Assembly: GCA_964247055.1 (NCBI GenBank)
Contig: OZ176050.1
Coordinates: 3,224,001 to 3,288,000, forward strand
From: Paragordius varius
Lineage: Eukaryota; Animalia; Nematomorpha
Length of the DNA stretch: 64,000 bases
Direction: 5' to 3'
Made by a program: the position numbers and the translations under genes
Notes under the pieces: generated by a model
Database searches by the model: none
What the model was told of the DNA's origin: nothing
The model's input: only the letters and a program-made list of their open reading frames with translations
In this document: positions 12,945 to 26,327 of the stretch, one piece after another
Layout of the letters: the number at the start of each line of letters is the position of its first letter
Numbering within the stretch: the stretch's first letter is position 1

Positions 12945-13479
12945 AGTAGAGCTTTGAGACAATTTTCCGAAAAACGTGTACTCCAATTAGTGTCGCCCCA
13001 CTATTTTGAACTAGCTCTTCAGTTAATCCCCTGCAAAATATGCCCCAAAAATCATGTATTTGAAAAAATAACTCAAAAAACATATATGCTCAATCCTATT
13101 CATTAAAATTTTTCCTTCTACGGATGCTAAGAACCGGCTTACGTTTAGTTAACCCCTGTATTTAACTGTTCTCCAAACATTTTTCATCAATCACCCAAGT
13201 TGTGCGACTATAACAAATCAATATAGGTTTTAGGTATTCCTAGTATAAATAAAGCAACGCTATTTTAAATTAGCCGCTGGGTAGGGCTCTGCCCTTTGTA
13301 GCGCTTTTATAATAGCCTGACTTTTAAGCTAACTTTTACCCAAGTAACTAGATGATATTATGATTCAATGAACGCAAAAAGGCAAAATTTTATGGCTCAA
13401 TCTGTAAAATAGATTAACAACACTTGAAGCTAATTTTTGGTCAATTCATAGGATCATAAAGAAACAATAATTATATAAT

Positions 13480-13740
13480 TTATGATTAACCGCAAAATTT
13501 TATTAAGCGCTTCTTATGGTTACTTTGGACACATAATTCCAGGATATTCTTTGGAAAAAGATATAATGTAAGGAAAAGTAAATGGCAAGATAATAAGATA
13601 CCGTTTATAAACGAAATTTTATCATTTTCCAAAATGTCATTGCAATAAGAATCTTAAAAAGCCCACGACAGAACCGAATGGAGAAAGTTTTTCCATAAAA
13701 TCGCTAATAGTCGATAATTGACTACAAGCTTAACAACAAC
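13480..13740 (+). mobile_element. Decayed 3' fragment of an RTE-clade LINE
   Basis: Translates as YFGHII..YSLEKDIM*GKVNG...AHDRTEWRK, like the C-terminus of the LINE at 59519-59800. Boundaries approximate. Confidence 0.6.
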
Positions 13741-15357
13741 AATTCTATCCTATGTTAAATACGCCAATATAAATAACGTGACTTTGCAGCTAAATTTCGG
13801 ATAGTAAAAAACCATATCATTAAATCATTTTCCTGTTTAAGGGCAATATTTTAAGTCAATGTCCTATTTATGTTGACCCCTAGGTCCCGGCCTCTGTTTT
13901 AAACGCTACAGCATGTAAACAAATTTTGAAGTTAATAGATATATGTAAAACCATGAAACATTAGTAACATTTTAGGTTTAAATCTAGTAATATGTATAAA
14001 TACTTTTTAAGATATTAATAATAATTTTTATTTATATTCCATTACCTTTGTGGTGATTTTCTACCATTGTTCAAAAATAAATATTTGAAATATATAATTA
14101 TTGAAACAGGTCTGAAATAGTCGTATAGACACATAAAAAAATTATTTTTTTAAAAAATGGGACATATTCCTCATTATTTATCTGTTACAAAATGAGGAAC
14201 GATAATGAAGTCACAGATACTTTGATAAAATATATTGTTATACTTAAGCAATAACTGAAATATACGGATAAAACGTAAAAATATAAAGACTATTTTTAAA
14301 AAAACTGTTGTACTTTTTTAAACCTATTTTATAATAACTAATTCTTTAAAATTGAGTATAAATAGAGATGCATATTAGTAACACAAATATGTTTCTTATA
14401 ATGGAATTAAAGTTAATCTAAGAAAAAGTAACGTGTAAAAAAGTATGGTTGTTCTTTCAAAAAAATATTATTTTTACGTTTTGTCCGTATAATTTTAATT
14501 TTTACCGTAAATGGCATATATTTTTTATATTATCCTTGCTATATTTTGGTTAAATGGCATTAGCATATCATTTATAATTTGGTTTTTAAATGTTTACAAT
14601 GTCATTGCATCTATTGAATAACTTTAACGCCTTACTTTGGTGTTGTAATGTGCGATGAATACACGATTATTTTTCAAACGTTAATTTTTCCTCTATAAGT
14701 ATATTATTACGATGGTAAAATATCAAATTGATTATTTAGTGATAGAGAGTTTAAAAAATTTAAGATTCAATATGGTTGTTTTTTAGCAAAAATATTTGTC
14801 TCTATATTCGTTTTGTCCGTATAATTTCAATTTTTACTGTTTTTTTGTTTTAACGTTTGTTTTAATACCGTTTTCCGATCGGAAACCACAAAGCTAGCAG
14901 AAAACTATATTAAAACCGTAAAAAATATTAAAAATAATGAACAGGGTTCAAAAAACATTTTAACTACCATTTGTTAAATCTTATGATATAGAATTTGATT
15001 ATTTTTTTTATAATATTTATATTAATGTTGTTCAGCAATGAAATATACATTTGTAAAGCATCTTAACCACCGAAAATGTAAAATAATTTTTAACATTTTT
15101 TATCTAAAACATAATATTTTTAAATAATAAATTGAATTAGCAATAATTCACTTTGATACATTTTCCAGAGTTAATATTAAAGTTTAAAAAACATTTATTA
15201 AAAAAATACGCCACCCAAATTTTCATTCTCCATTGCATTATAATTTTAAACTCATCTTAGACACACAATCATAAATGAATCAGTCTTTCACCGGCTATGA
15301 AAATGATAAAAGCAAAAAACATATATTAGGGCAAAATTATAACTGAGAAAAGTGTTG

Positions 15358-18300
15358 TTAAAATTTAAGTTTTCGAGGCGTAAAATATTGTTTAATCATT
15401 TCGTCTGTAATTAAAGCGCGTCTTGATTGATGTTCAGTCACTAACCTTTGAACAACAGTTATAAGCTCTTGTTTAATTTCTCCACTCAGCATACGACCCG
15501 AACTGTAATCCTATATAATAATGTAAGAAAACAGATTAGCTATATAAATTAAAGATTATACATTTACGATATCAAAAATGACCCATAACAATTTTGAGAC
15601 GTATAAACAAGGTTGCAAACTACTCAGGCCTATTAAGCACGTTATTTAACCATAATACAACCCTAATTTGAATTACTTTACATGTATTTTCAAAATGAAA
15701 AATATGAAAATTATTTATTTGTATATATTAAAATTAATAATTAATTATTTTTTTACGAAAAATGTCATTTTTTTATATAAAAAGTCACGCTGCAAATTAA
15801 TAAATTAATCTTGCAATCATTGCAAATTTTTCTTATATAGTTTTTTAATTTCAGACATTAAAAATTAAAAGAAATCAGAAAAATACAAATAATATTTTTT
15901 TTAAATTTTATAATAATACCAATCGGATTTGTTCCAATTTTTCATCGTCTTCCAATAGGAAGCGTAAATATTGATAAGGAATATCTATGGAACAATCCCC
16001 ACCCAGTGTCCTGTGCTCCTCTATCGTGTCTTTGCCACCAGAAAATGCATATTTGTTAATCTGATTATAACAATTCAAATAAAAAAAAATATTATATAAA
16101 AAAACTGTAAACTTTTTTAAAACAAATGCTGATAGAAACATCCATGAAAAAAGTTTTATTAAATGTAGAGTGAAATATAATATTATTAAAATAAAACCCA
16201 AAAAAGACAAACATCTTCTTACATGTCGATATCTTATATTGACCAAATGCATAGGTCATGTTAAATAATTAAGGTAATATGGTGCTCCTTCGAAAAAATA
16301 TTTTCTCGTTAAAATTTTACTCTATCAATCATATAATTTAATGGATATTAACCTTTTTCTTAATTTGATTGGGCGTGTCAGTTAGGTAGATAGATGTGTT
16401 TTCATCACTAGCACTCATTTTAGTTTGCGCTCCTTGAAGTGATGGGATAAATGATGAATATATCATGCATGGTTTAGCAAAACCCAATCGAGGTGCCACA
16501 TCACGGGTCATACGGAAATAGGGATCCTATTTTTGTGTAAAATAGTTTTAGTTACTCAACAGAGCCAAGAAATGTAAGAGTTAAATTGAATACATTGCTA
16601 AAAAAGTGTTTTTTGTTCAAAATGCTTGAAAATTAAAAATTATTTTTAACAGAATCTCTAGTCGCATTATACATATTGTGCGTTTCGATCCCGATTTTTG
16701 TTATCATAATTTATAATTATATTTTTTCAAATTTGTTGCAATTATATCGTATTATTATTTTGCTTTTGTTTTAGTTAATCCATAGAAAAAGATACTCCAT
16801 GTATCGAAAATGTTGGATAGTTTAATTTAATAAATTTTACGAGAATTCAAATTATTTATTTAACTTGGATATAACTTTAATTTTTCTAAGAAATTTTTAT
16901 TATTATTATTTTTGTTATGAAAATATATTGAGAATTGGTTTTATTCCTTGTCGCAGATAGCGCATGAATATTTGGGGCGCTGTGAGATCTCTTAAAACAA
17001 TATCATCCGCAAAGATTAACTCCTAGGGCGGTTCGGTAAATATGTTTTCTGTAATACAGTCTAATATCATAATAAAGAGTAATGGACTAGATACAGACCC
17101 TTATAGGCCAGTGTTTGTTTGAAAAGATTCCGTGTCTCCTATTTAAGTGCGTACTATTGTGGTTGTATTTTCATAGAGAAGTAGTATTATTTCTTTTAAA
17201 TATTCATCAATGTTATTTTGTCTTAGGCCTATTTGATTGTTTCTCTGGGGATATTATCAAAAGCTTTTTCCATGTCTATAAAGATAGTTTTAGATTTTTT
17301 GAAAGGTATTTTTATTGTAGTTGTTTGAGGATGAATATGGCATCTGTAGTGCTATGTTCTTTACGAAATGCGAACTGATTATTGGTTATTGTAATGGTTT
17401 GCCTAAGCCGGTTGTTATTTATGCTTTAAAGTATTTTGAAAGTGTGTTCTAGAAGTTTTAAGGTGCGGTATAAGCAGACGAGAAAGTTTCTCTTATTTGT
17501 GTATATAGAGTTTGTTATACTTTTAATTATGCACGGCCCAAATATCCATGCGCTATCTGCGACAAGGAAGTTAAAACCAATTCAATAAAATGCAACAAAT
17601 GCAAATTCTGGGTTCACAAACAATACTCTAAAATTACCGGCAAACTAAACGAACAAATAAACTTCAAATGTAACAACTGTAAAAACAATAATCCAACTCA
17701 AACACGCTCGACATATATGACAATCGACGAAAACTCAATAGAAAAAGTAGACCTGTTTACATACCTAGAAGACGTCATAGACTCTAAAGGCCATATAACT
17801 GGAGCTATAAGGAAACGAATTTAACAAGCGTGACGTAAAGTTAACACTCTAAAATTTGTCCTTAAAAATAAAAATGTATCTAACAATATTAATGACTAAT
17901 ATACAAAGCAGGAGTCAGACAAGCTCTTACTTACACCGCTGAAACATGGCCCCTAAATAAAACAAATCTTGACAAAATGATAAATACGGGAAACAAAACA
18001 GCTAAAGTTTGTTGTTTTGACAACAATATTCCTCCTAAACAAAATAACACAGTAGAAAGATTATACAGAGAAGCAGATTCAAATACTTGGGTAACAATGA
18101 AAGAAGACAAACCGACCATCCACTCCAAACCATTAAGCACATAACAATCCTTTGGAAACAACCGCAAAGGGCGCCCAACACATTCCTAGAACGACAACAT
18201 AAAAAATGACATAAAAATACTAAACCTCGACATTACCAAATGTCTAGATAAGGATCTTTGGAATACGATTGTAAATGGCAACCTTCAAAAATGAAGATAA

Positions 18301-20666
18301 AAAGCCATAAAGTAAGTAAGTATCAAGCTAAGAAAAGATTTTGATATAAATAAAATAGCAAAAATTTAACAAAAATGATAAATAAGCAGTTTAAGAATAC
18401 TTGATCAATTGCACATGGAATAAGGCATGGGATTTTAGAATGGTCAAATGATGTGGTGGAATTTTCAGAATTACTGGTCCCATTAGCATGTGATTCCTGA
18501 ATCCTAAAACATTAAATTTTATTTCATAATATTTTAGGACATTTAAATATATTTTTAATAAAATATGACTCAAACTAGTGAAATACATAATGAAATTAGT
18601 AAAAAGCTAAAAAATTATAATTATAAAATTTTTATTTTAAATTAATTATATTGCTTACATTGAGTTTTTGAAAGTTTTAAAAATTAATTTTGTTTGATTA
18701 GATCCATTTATTGAAGCTAGGTGTTTCAGATAATTTTAAGCATTTCCAACAAAAAAGAACTATCTTAATTAAAATTTATTATTTTTGTAAGTTGATTTTT
18801 TAGTTTTAAATTTTATCTTTTCTAATACTTATTTTGTAGATTAGATATTTGTTGATGTAGTTTTTCAAATAATCAACTTTTCCGAAAACGAATATACTTA
18901 AGCTAAGTTGTGTAATTAGGCTGGCTACTTCAGATGTTTTATACAATTTTTACATATTTTTCTTGTGCAAAAAAAGACTAAATTTATAAAATACTTTTTA
19001 TGTTGATTGGATTGCCCATTTTTTTGAGTTTTTTTGGATGTTTTAGTTGATAAAGTCGCGCCAGCTGGTAGTTTTGAAAAAGAGTTAACTGGTCCATAAA
19101 TGTGAGGAAATGAGGTCGGAAAACAGGGGGCGGCTTCGACCGCAGGGAATTGAATTTTCCCAATACAATCAGATTCGGTTAACCCAAATATGGATTTGAT
19201 TTGATTGAAATTTACCATTTTTTGAATGCGGAGTATGTTTGCATAAAACTCGCGACATTGGCTAAAAATCATAAAATTAAGGTTTGACCAGTCAACAAAT
19301 AATAAACGGTCTAGCTTATAGATGGAGTCATTTATGTACATGACCAGTCAAATAATACCGCAATAAAAAAGTAATAAACGAAATTATAAAATAGCTTATA
19401 ATAGTGTATGCAATATTATAAAATAACAAATAAACAAGTGATAAAATTAAATATAAGGTTTTTTTGTATCATTTTATTGCATTTAAATCAGGCACCCAAT
19501 AACATATGTTTACAAAATGGTTTCTTTATAATTAGTCATAATCAGGGCATAGATGCATTTATTACCTGTAACACTTGACGCTTGATATGATCAAATTGAA
19601 TAACACAAATAATCAATTGAAGTAAAATATTTGGATATATATTAGTTTTAGACATATACGAGTAATTAAGTCATTTTTAAATAAATATATGGCATTTGAG
19701 CCAAATTTATATGCAAAATTACCGAAATTGAATAATTTATATAACATAAAAACTAATGAAATAACATAGAAACTATGACTTTACCTAACATAATCTAAAG
19801 TGGTGAATATAAAAGTCTTTTCAATATCAAATCCGCAAGCTATGATATCTTTGGCATTTTCATAAGCTAATGCATTTGTCTCTTCCAGGCTCAGGTCTTT
19901 CCAAAAGAATTTTTCATCATCCGTCATTTGAATGACCATTGGAACGTTAAATATATCCTGTAACCATCTATTTACATCATTAAAAAACACTGTTTAAGGC
20001 AAAGATTATGTTGCTCTATTCAGAGTCAATATTTATTCAATTAATAGTAACATTATGCAATTTAAATCAAGCAACAAAAAAGAGTATGAAAAAATTTCAC
20101 TTTCATAAAAATAATGTTTCAAGCTTTTAAATGGAACAATTTGATGGTATTGAAGCGAATACTTTCATCTGTTTAATGCCATTCATAGGCCAATATAATA
20201 TTTTTTAAATTTAGGATATAATTATATTAAATCTAGAAATACTTTGTGAAAATAAATGGAATCAAGTGTCCTAAATGCATAGCCTCAGAACTTGGACCAC
20301 GCCCAGTATAAAGAAAAAATGGTTGTTTTTTAGCATATGCATCCAGGATAACATCAAAATCCCTAAAAATATAAAATAAAAACTAACCTGTGTGCAAAAA
20401 ACATGCCTCGACTCAGTAAATGATGTGCTTTCCGCCCGGTTATAGTCTCAAATTTTTTAATTAAATCATCGTTCATTTTTGAACAACCAAATTTAGCTAA
20501 AAAATTAACAGAAAAAAATACCAATTAATTTATCGTAATCAACACCAGTGGCCCTAGTAGAGGAAACGGTCCAAGGGTCGACCACATCTATTTCTTCCTC
20601 TATTATTTCAATGCACGTTTCACCGTTCAATTTCATCACTTCGATTGCGGCTGATGCGTCCAACAT
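15358..20666 (-). CDS. WARS1: Cytosolic tryptophanyl-tRNA synthetase, 9 exons, 464 aa
   Basis: Exons 20666-20522, 20496-20388, 20362-20243, 19967-19785, 19261-18995, 18503-18401, 16526-16353, 16060-15920, 15510-15358 (1395 nt, in phase). Motifs [48 protein letters not shown]. Confidence 0.95.
16930..18320. mobile_element. Decayed, 5'-inverted LINE copy in WARS intron 6
   Basis: RT core ([30 protein letters not shown]) on - at ~17520-16990; zinc finger plus C-terminus on + at ~17525-18310; ends AAAGCCATAAAG like the LINE at 30970-34161. Confidence 0.75.
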
Positions 20667-20717
20667 TTTTGGTAAAATTCGGCTGTTTAAATTTCTTAAG
20701 CTAATAAAATTTACTCT

Positions 20718-23700
20718 ATGTCTGATGAAACTACCACCAAAAATCTTTTGCTTGAAATGGGATTCCCATTGCAAAATATGTATCATAAATTTTATAATAT
20801 ATTTTTTAGTGTTCAGGCTATGCTTAGTACAGGAACTCATGATATTGAACAATTAGTTTCATGGTAATATTACCTATTAAATGATGTGTACCGCCGTAAA
20901 ATACAGTTAAATTAAATGATACTATATTAATCTAATTATTGTCATTTGTATCAAGTTTTATCAAGGAAATTATTACATTTAAATAAGATTAAAATACAAA
21001 AATGAATAAAAATCTGTGAAATTTAGTTTTCCATTATTTTATGTATTGTTTCCATTAATCAACTAAGTCTTTTAAGGATATGATGTAAATATTAATACAC
21101 TTTTGTTTTACTTTATTTTACGGCGCTTTATGTAATTTTTATTACCCAACAGTCGTCGTTACCACTCAATAATATAATTTATGTTTTCATAGGATTGAAG
21201 AACACGGAGAATCGTTAAATTCAAATACAGATAATAATCAAACGCCTGCTGAAAAATCTATGAAATGCAAAGAGTATATTATATTTATTTCATAAGATAT
21301 TTTGCTGGTGTTAAAATTTATCTTGAAATATATACTTAAACTCCGTTTATTAATATGTTTTACAAATAACAGACTCCATTATATTATTTAACTGGAAAGT
21401 AGATTTTAATGTTTTTCCTGATGCTATGTTAATTTTTAATGAAAATAATTACCGTTGCTTATTTTATTATGAATTTTTTTTACATTTCTCCTTTACATTT
21501 TATATTAAGGTTATAAAGTTATTCCATAATCACCTCTTCTTTAAAGTCAAAATTGGCTCAACTTTATAAACTATTTTTAATATTTGTAATTTTTTAAAAA
21601 AAAAAATTATACGATTTGTTTTATAAAGAAAGTTATTCTGAAAGGTTCTACTATACATATTGTACATGTAATGAATATACCAATTATATGTCACATTTTT
21701 AGATGTGGGAAGCTATTTGCCAATGAAGAGTTTGCTGCAATCCACGCTTCAAAATCCGGCCATGCCGATTTCGAAGATTCAACGGAAACGATAAAACCTT
21801 TGACTGAGGAAGAAAAGGCCCGAAAAGTTGAAGAGTATGCGCTTTTTTTTAATTTTAAAAAATAAGTTTATGGACATTAAAATTGAAATTTATACCATGG
21901 TCTTTCAAATATTTGGTATGAAAATAATATAAAATTTATTTTATGATAATTGTTTAATCAAAAATTTACCTAACCAAAACGAAATATAATTTCAATATGA
22001 TTATTATATCGTCTTGATTCAAGGATTAAGATACAAATCCCATTTAATGATCATATTAAATCATCGTATAACGTTAATTTGAGGCGAGGTTCTTACTTTT
22101 TAAACATCTCCCCTTATGAAAAAACGTGACATAATTTTTTGACAGAAAATCTTAAAAACTGGCTAATGTAAGTTCCCCAGAGGTGATTCAGTCAACACAA
22201 TGCAAAATTAGTAACACTTTGTTGGCCACTATATTAAAATGGTGTATGAAACCAAAAAATATTTTCTGATGTCCTTTTTTTCTATTCCGCTGTCATTTTA
22301 GGTTACAAAAAACGATTGAACGTAAACGTGAAGAAAAGGCCAAAGCTGAAGAGAAGGAAGCTATCGAGCGGGAGAAATTGCGCATAAAACAGGGAAAAGA
22401 ATTTCTAAGCATTAAAGAAAAGTTCAAAATTATTTTATATTTTTTGTTTTTAGATACTTTCGATTTTGTTGACTACTGTATTAATTGATAACAATTTATT
22501 GCCTAAATATATAGTATTTTGCATAAAAGATTCGTCACCATCGTGAATATTTTGATTTAAAAAATTACTATTATAAAATTGCCTTATTCTTTAAAAATTA
22601 GTTTTTGTAAAACTTTTATCAATGCGAATTTAAAATAATAAGATGTTGAAAATTCATTGTTATAAGAGTTTTACCTAATCTATTATACAATATTAGAATG
22701 CGCCAACAAGAAATGCTGAAGATTGCAGAAGAACGTAAACGCGAAAAAATGGAGGAAAAACTTGCAAGGTTTTTTTAAATCTAAAACTTTTTTAATTATT
22801 AAGGACTTTTTATAAAATATATATATATTTACTAGACAAAGAATAAAGGAACAAATCGAACGTGATAAATTGGATCGTATGAAAAAGGTTTGATTTTTCC
22901 TTTTTATTTCCGGTAGATATAATAAAGACAAAAAGTAAAAAAAATAAAAAAAATCCATTATATTTTAATTATGTTTGATTTTTTTGACAAATAATCTCTA
23001 TGATTACAATTATGAAATATATAAAATTCATTTTTATCCCTTATTTTGCAACCCAAAACAATAGGTTACATTATAATCAATGTACAAAAATTACAATTTT
23101 TCTTTATATTCAATATATTTCTTTTCTGGTTTTTTATTTCGTTTTAATCATTTTTTTTGTTGTAATCTTGACTTTACTGTTGGTTTTTATATATAAGTTT
23201 GATTTTAATATAGTTTACATATTCGGAATCTGACCACGCCAATCTTAAGGATTCAATAAAATTACCTGCTGGCCATCATACTGAACACACTCAAAATGGT
23301 GGAAGTTCTACTATTACATCGAAATCGAGCCATCACAATGCAGATTTCACGCAAAATTCCAACAATGCAGTATCAGAAAATTCTGCTAAAACCTATGATA
23401 AATGTGATCTTCAAGTAATTCTTTGGCTTTGAAATATTGCTATTCCATAAATTTTTTTCGGTTTTTAATCCAAGTTGTTTTATATAAACAAATATGTGGT
23501 AATAATGCTTAATTTTGCAAAAACGTTCATATATTTAACAATTCAATTTTTCTGCTTTGTGATGGATTATTGTTAGTACTAAATAATAGTTATCAGATTT
23601 TAGGACAGGTATTACACTTAATTTGAAGGTAAAAACATCTATAGATTAATATACTACCATCATCTATGAATCACTTTGCTTTTTTTTGAAAATGGGTTTA

Positions 23701-25122
23701 GTTTTTTCAAATTATATATACTATTTACAACCCAAATTTACCCTTGAACAATACAAATTTAACCTAAAATAAACTATGTGTATTAAAAATTACCTATAAA
23801 TTTTTGAAAAATTAATATATACATAATACTGAAAAAATAATACCTATGCCATATAAAAATAATTCATATTAATGATAAATTATATATGCCCGAAAACACA
23901 TAATTTATTTATTTGAGTTGTTTGGGGGTGAATTTGAATTGCTCAAGTGTTTGAAATGTAAATAATATATATATATATATGTATAATATGCATATTACTG
24001 TTGGATTCCCATTATTATTGGTCAATTAATAATTCAGTAGGGTATGATATAAAACTTTTGTCCATAATGAATAAAATTTAATGTTGTAAAATGGGAAAAA
24101 TCGTAATTTAAACCATATTTGTTGTTTTTTATCCTTACTCTACTGTATTGCCGATTGGCCATAAATAATGTGAATTGACCAACATCATTGTGCATACTAT
24201 ATATATATATATACCCTTGAACAATTCAAATTCACCCTCGAACAATTCAAATTCACCCTCGAACAATTCAAATTCCTTTGAACAATTCAAATTCACCCTC
24301 GAACAATTCAAATTCCTTTGAACAATTCAAATTCACCCTCAAATAAAACATATGTTTTTTAAGATTAAAAAATACCTGTATTTTATATATTTTTTAAAAA
24401 TAAAAATTTTGTTTAAAATTAAAATAATACTGAAAAAATAATAAACTATACCATAAACATATATTTCATATTAATAATGAGTTATATTAGTTCGAAAACA
24501 TCTAATTTATTTTTAGCTTGAAGAATTGTTCAAAGGTGAGTTCGAATTGTTCAAGGGTGAATTTGAATTGTTGGAGGGTGAATTTGAACTGTAAATGGAA
24601 TATTTATAATAAGCTTAGTCAATATATAATTTAAACACAATTGAATTTGCTAACACTCCTTAGATCCGTCTTATGGATGGGACTGTGTTAAAACACACCT
24701 TTGGTGCCAATGAACAATTGGCTGCAGTTAAGCTTTACATTGCTATGAATTCTCCTTCCCCTCCATCTTTATTATCTAATTCGATGGGTGATGAGACCCG
24801 AGTCCACAATCTTGATTTTGGGGTTTCTTCCTCTGATTTCGCATCTAAATCTGATTTGAACCAATTTACGCTCATGACATCGTTCCCTAAAAAAGTTTTT
24901 AGCGACGATGATATGTTGAAACCACTAACGGAATTGGGTAGGTTTTGTTTTTTTTGGGCAACTGCTAATTTTTTATTCGGCGTTTTTTGGTAATTTGTTA
25001 TATACCATATTTAAATTTTTAGTAGCTATTATTGGATTATACTCTAAAAGTTAATTTGTTTTATATTTTTAGGTTTGGTGCCTAAAGCAGTTGTTACAGT
25101 TGTTAGACGTAGAGTAGCTTGA
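20718..25122 (+). CDS. UBXN1: UBX domain-containing protein 1 (UBA - C2H2 - coiled coil - UBX), 10 exons, 365 aa
   Basis: Exons 20718-20779, 20810-20863, 21193-21273, 21703-21834, 22302-22421, 22697-22768, 22836-22887, 23214-23414, 24664-24937, 25073-25122 (1098 nt). UBA EMGFP; CKECGK...H..KSGH; UBX IRLMDG..TF..EQLAAVKLY..FPKKVF..PLTELGLVP. Confidence 0.9.
23728..23958. mobile_element. MITE with 21-bp subrepeat TIRs (TA-flanked, Tc1/mariner-like ends)
   Basis: TA|CA...TG|TA ends; CCCTTGAACAAT vs GGGTGAATTTGAATTG inverted arms; core shared with 24213 and 38530. Confidence 0.6.
24213..24591. mobile_element. Same MITE family with expanded GAACAATTCAAATTCACCCTC tandem units
   Basis: About 6 direct 19-21 bp units at 24219-24341 and inverted units at 24520-24590. 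Confidence 0.7.
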
Positions 25123-26327
25123 TTCTATACACCTCTATTTATTTTATGTAATACATCTAAATAAATTTAATGATTTGCCAGTAAATTTGTTTTAGCGTGT
25201 GATTGAGTTTGGGATTTATATTTATATATTACCCTTAATTACGAATGCTAGGACATTACTTGTATAAATCATATTGAATTGTACCAATGCTGATTATCAT
25301 ATTTTTTATTTTATTTACGTTAGGGTTAAGTTATTTTATAATAATTAATAATACCAAAAAAATTATTTAATAATCAGCAAGTTTTCTCTTTTTATGCAAA
25401 CGGTATTATAGCACAAATTATTAAAAGTGATAACTTTTTTAACTGTTGAATTTCCACCGCTTTAACATAAATGCATTAACAGTTATTATCGTTGGCTCTA
25501 TATAAAAAATATGTGAATCTATGACAGGCATATTTATTGATGTGTTTGGAAAGTATAGTAAAAATGGATAATTTTTAAAACGAAAATTGCGCCTAGTTAT
25601 GTGAAATTCGATGTTTGACAGCAAAATTTTAGAAATAAATTTTCCAGATTGTAAAATTATTACAATTAGCTACAACAACGTTTTAAGAAATGCAAATATC
25701 CCAAGTATTTTGGTGGGATAGTAAGGTTTGAAAAATGAAAAATAACCCCGTTTAAGTTAACCAAAAAATTAAAATATCTATTACCCATATTTATAACGTA
25801 ACTGGAAGCAAATTTTTACAATTCATCATCACAACATATTTTTTATTAATAATTTAAAGGTCAGATAATCGGTATTAATAACAAAACTATAGTTTTGCTT
25901 TTTATGAATTAAAATTAATTTTGTGCATCGATAATGAAAATAAAAAGTTTTAAATGTCCAAATAATCTTAAAACCAATTATTATAATCTTAAACAACTGC
26001 CAGTTAATATAATTATATCTTAAAGAACATATGCGCTCTGATCGATAACATCATTATTGTTCTAATCTTTGCTAACATATCCATTTAATTTTGGCGTCTT
26101 TGTTCAGACTATCATTTAATCCGCTATTAAAACAAGGTTTCTACTTTTAGAATAAAATAATGAAATAGATCAAAGAAAAATATACATAAAATTAAAATGT
26201 GGCTGGTATATATTGTTGGCCAGACGTTTATATAGAATAATTAAACTGGTTTATGCCTGTACTAAATTTTTAATTATTATATCATACATAATAAAAAAAT
26301 TTTATGTTCGTCAAGAAATATAAAAAC

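Noticed and set aside
20548-20856. Overlapping + strand ORF across the WARS/UBXN1 junction
   Set aside because: It is antisense to WARS exon 1 and off-frame to UBXN1, with no recognisable protein.
24219-24341. CRISPR-like array of 21-bp repeats
   Set aside because: Repeats are contiguous with no unique spacers, there are no cas genes, the context is eukaryotic, and they form a MITE TIR.
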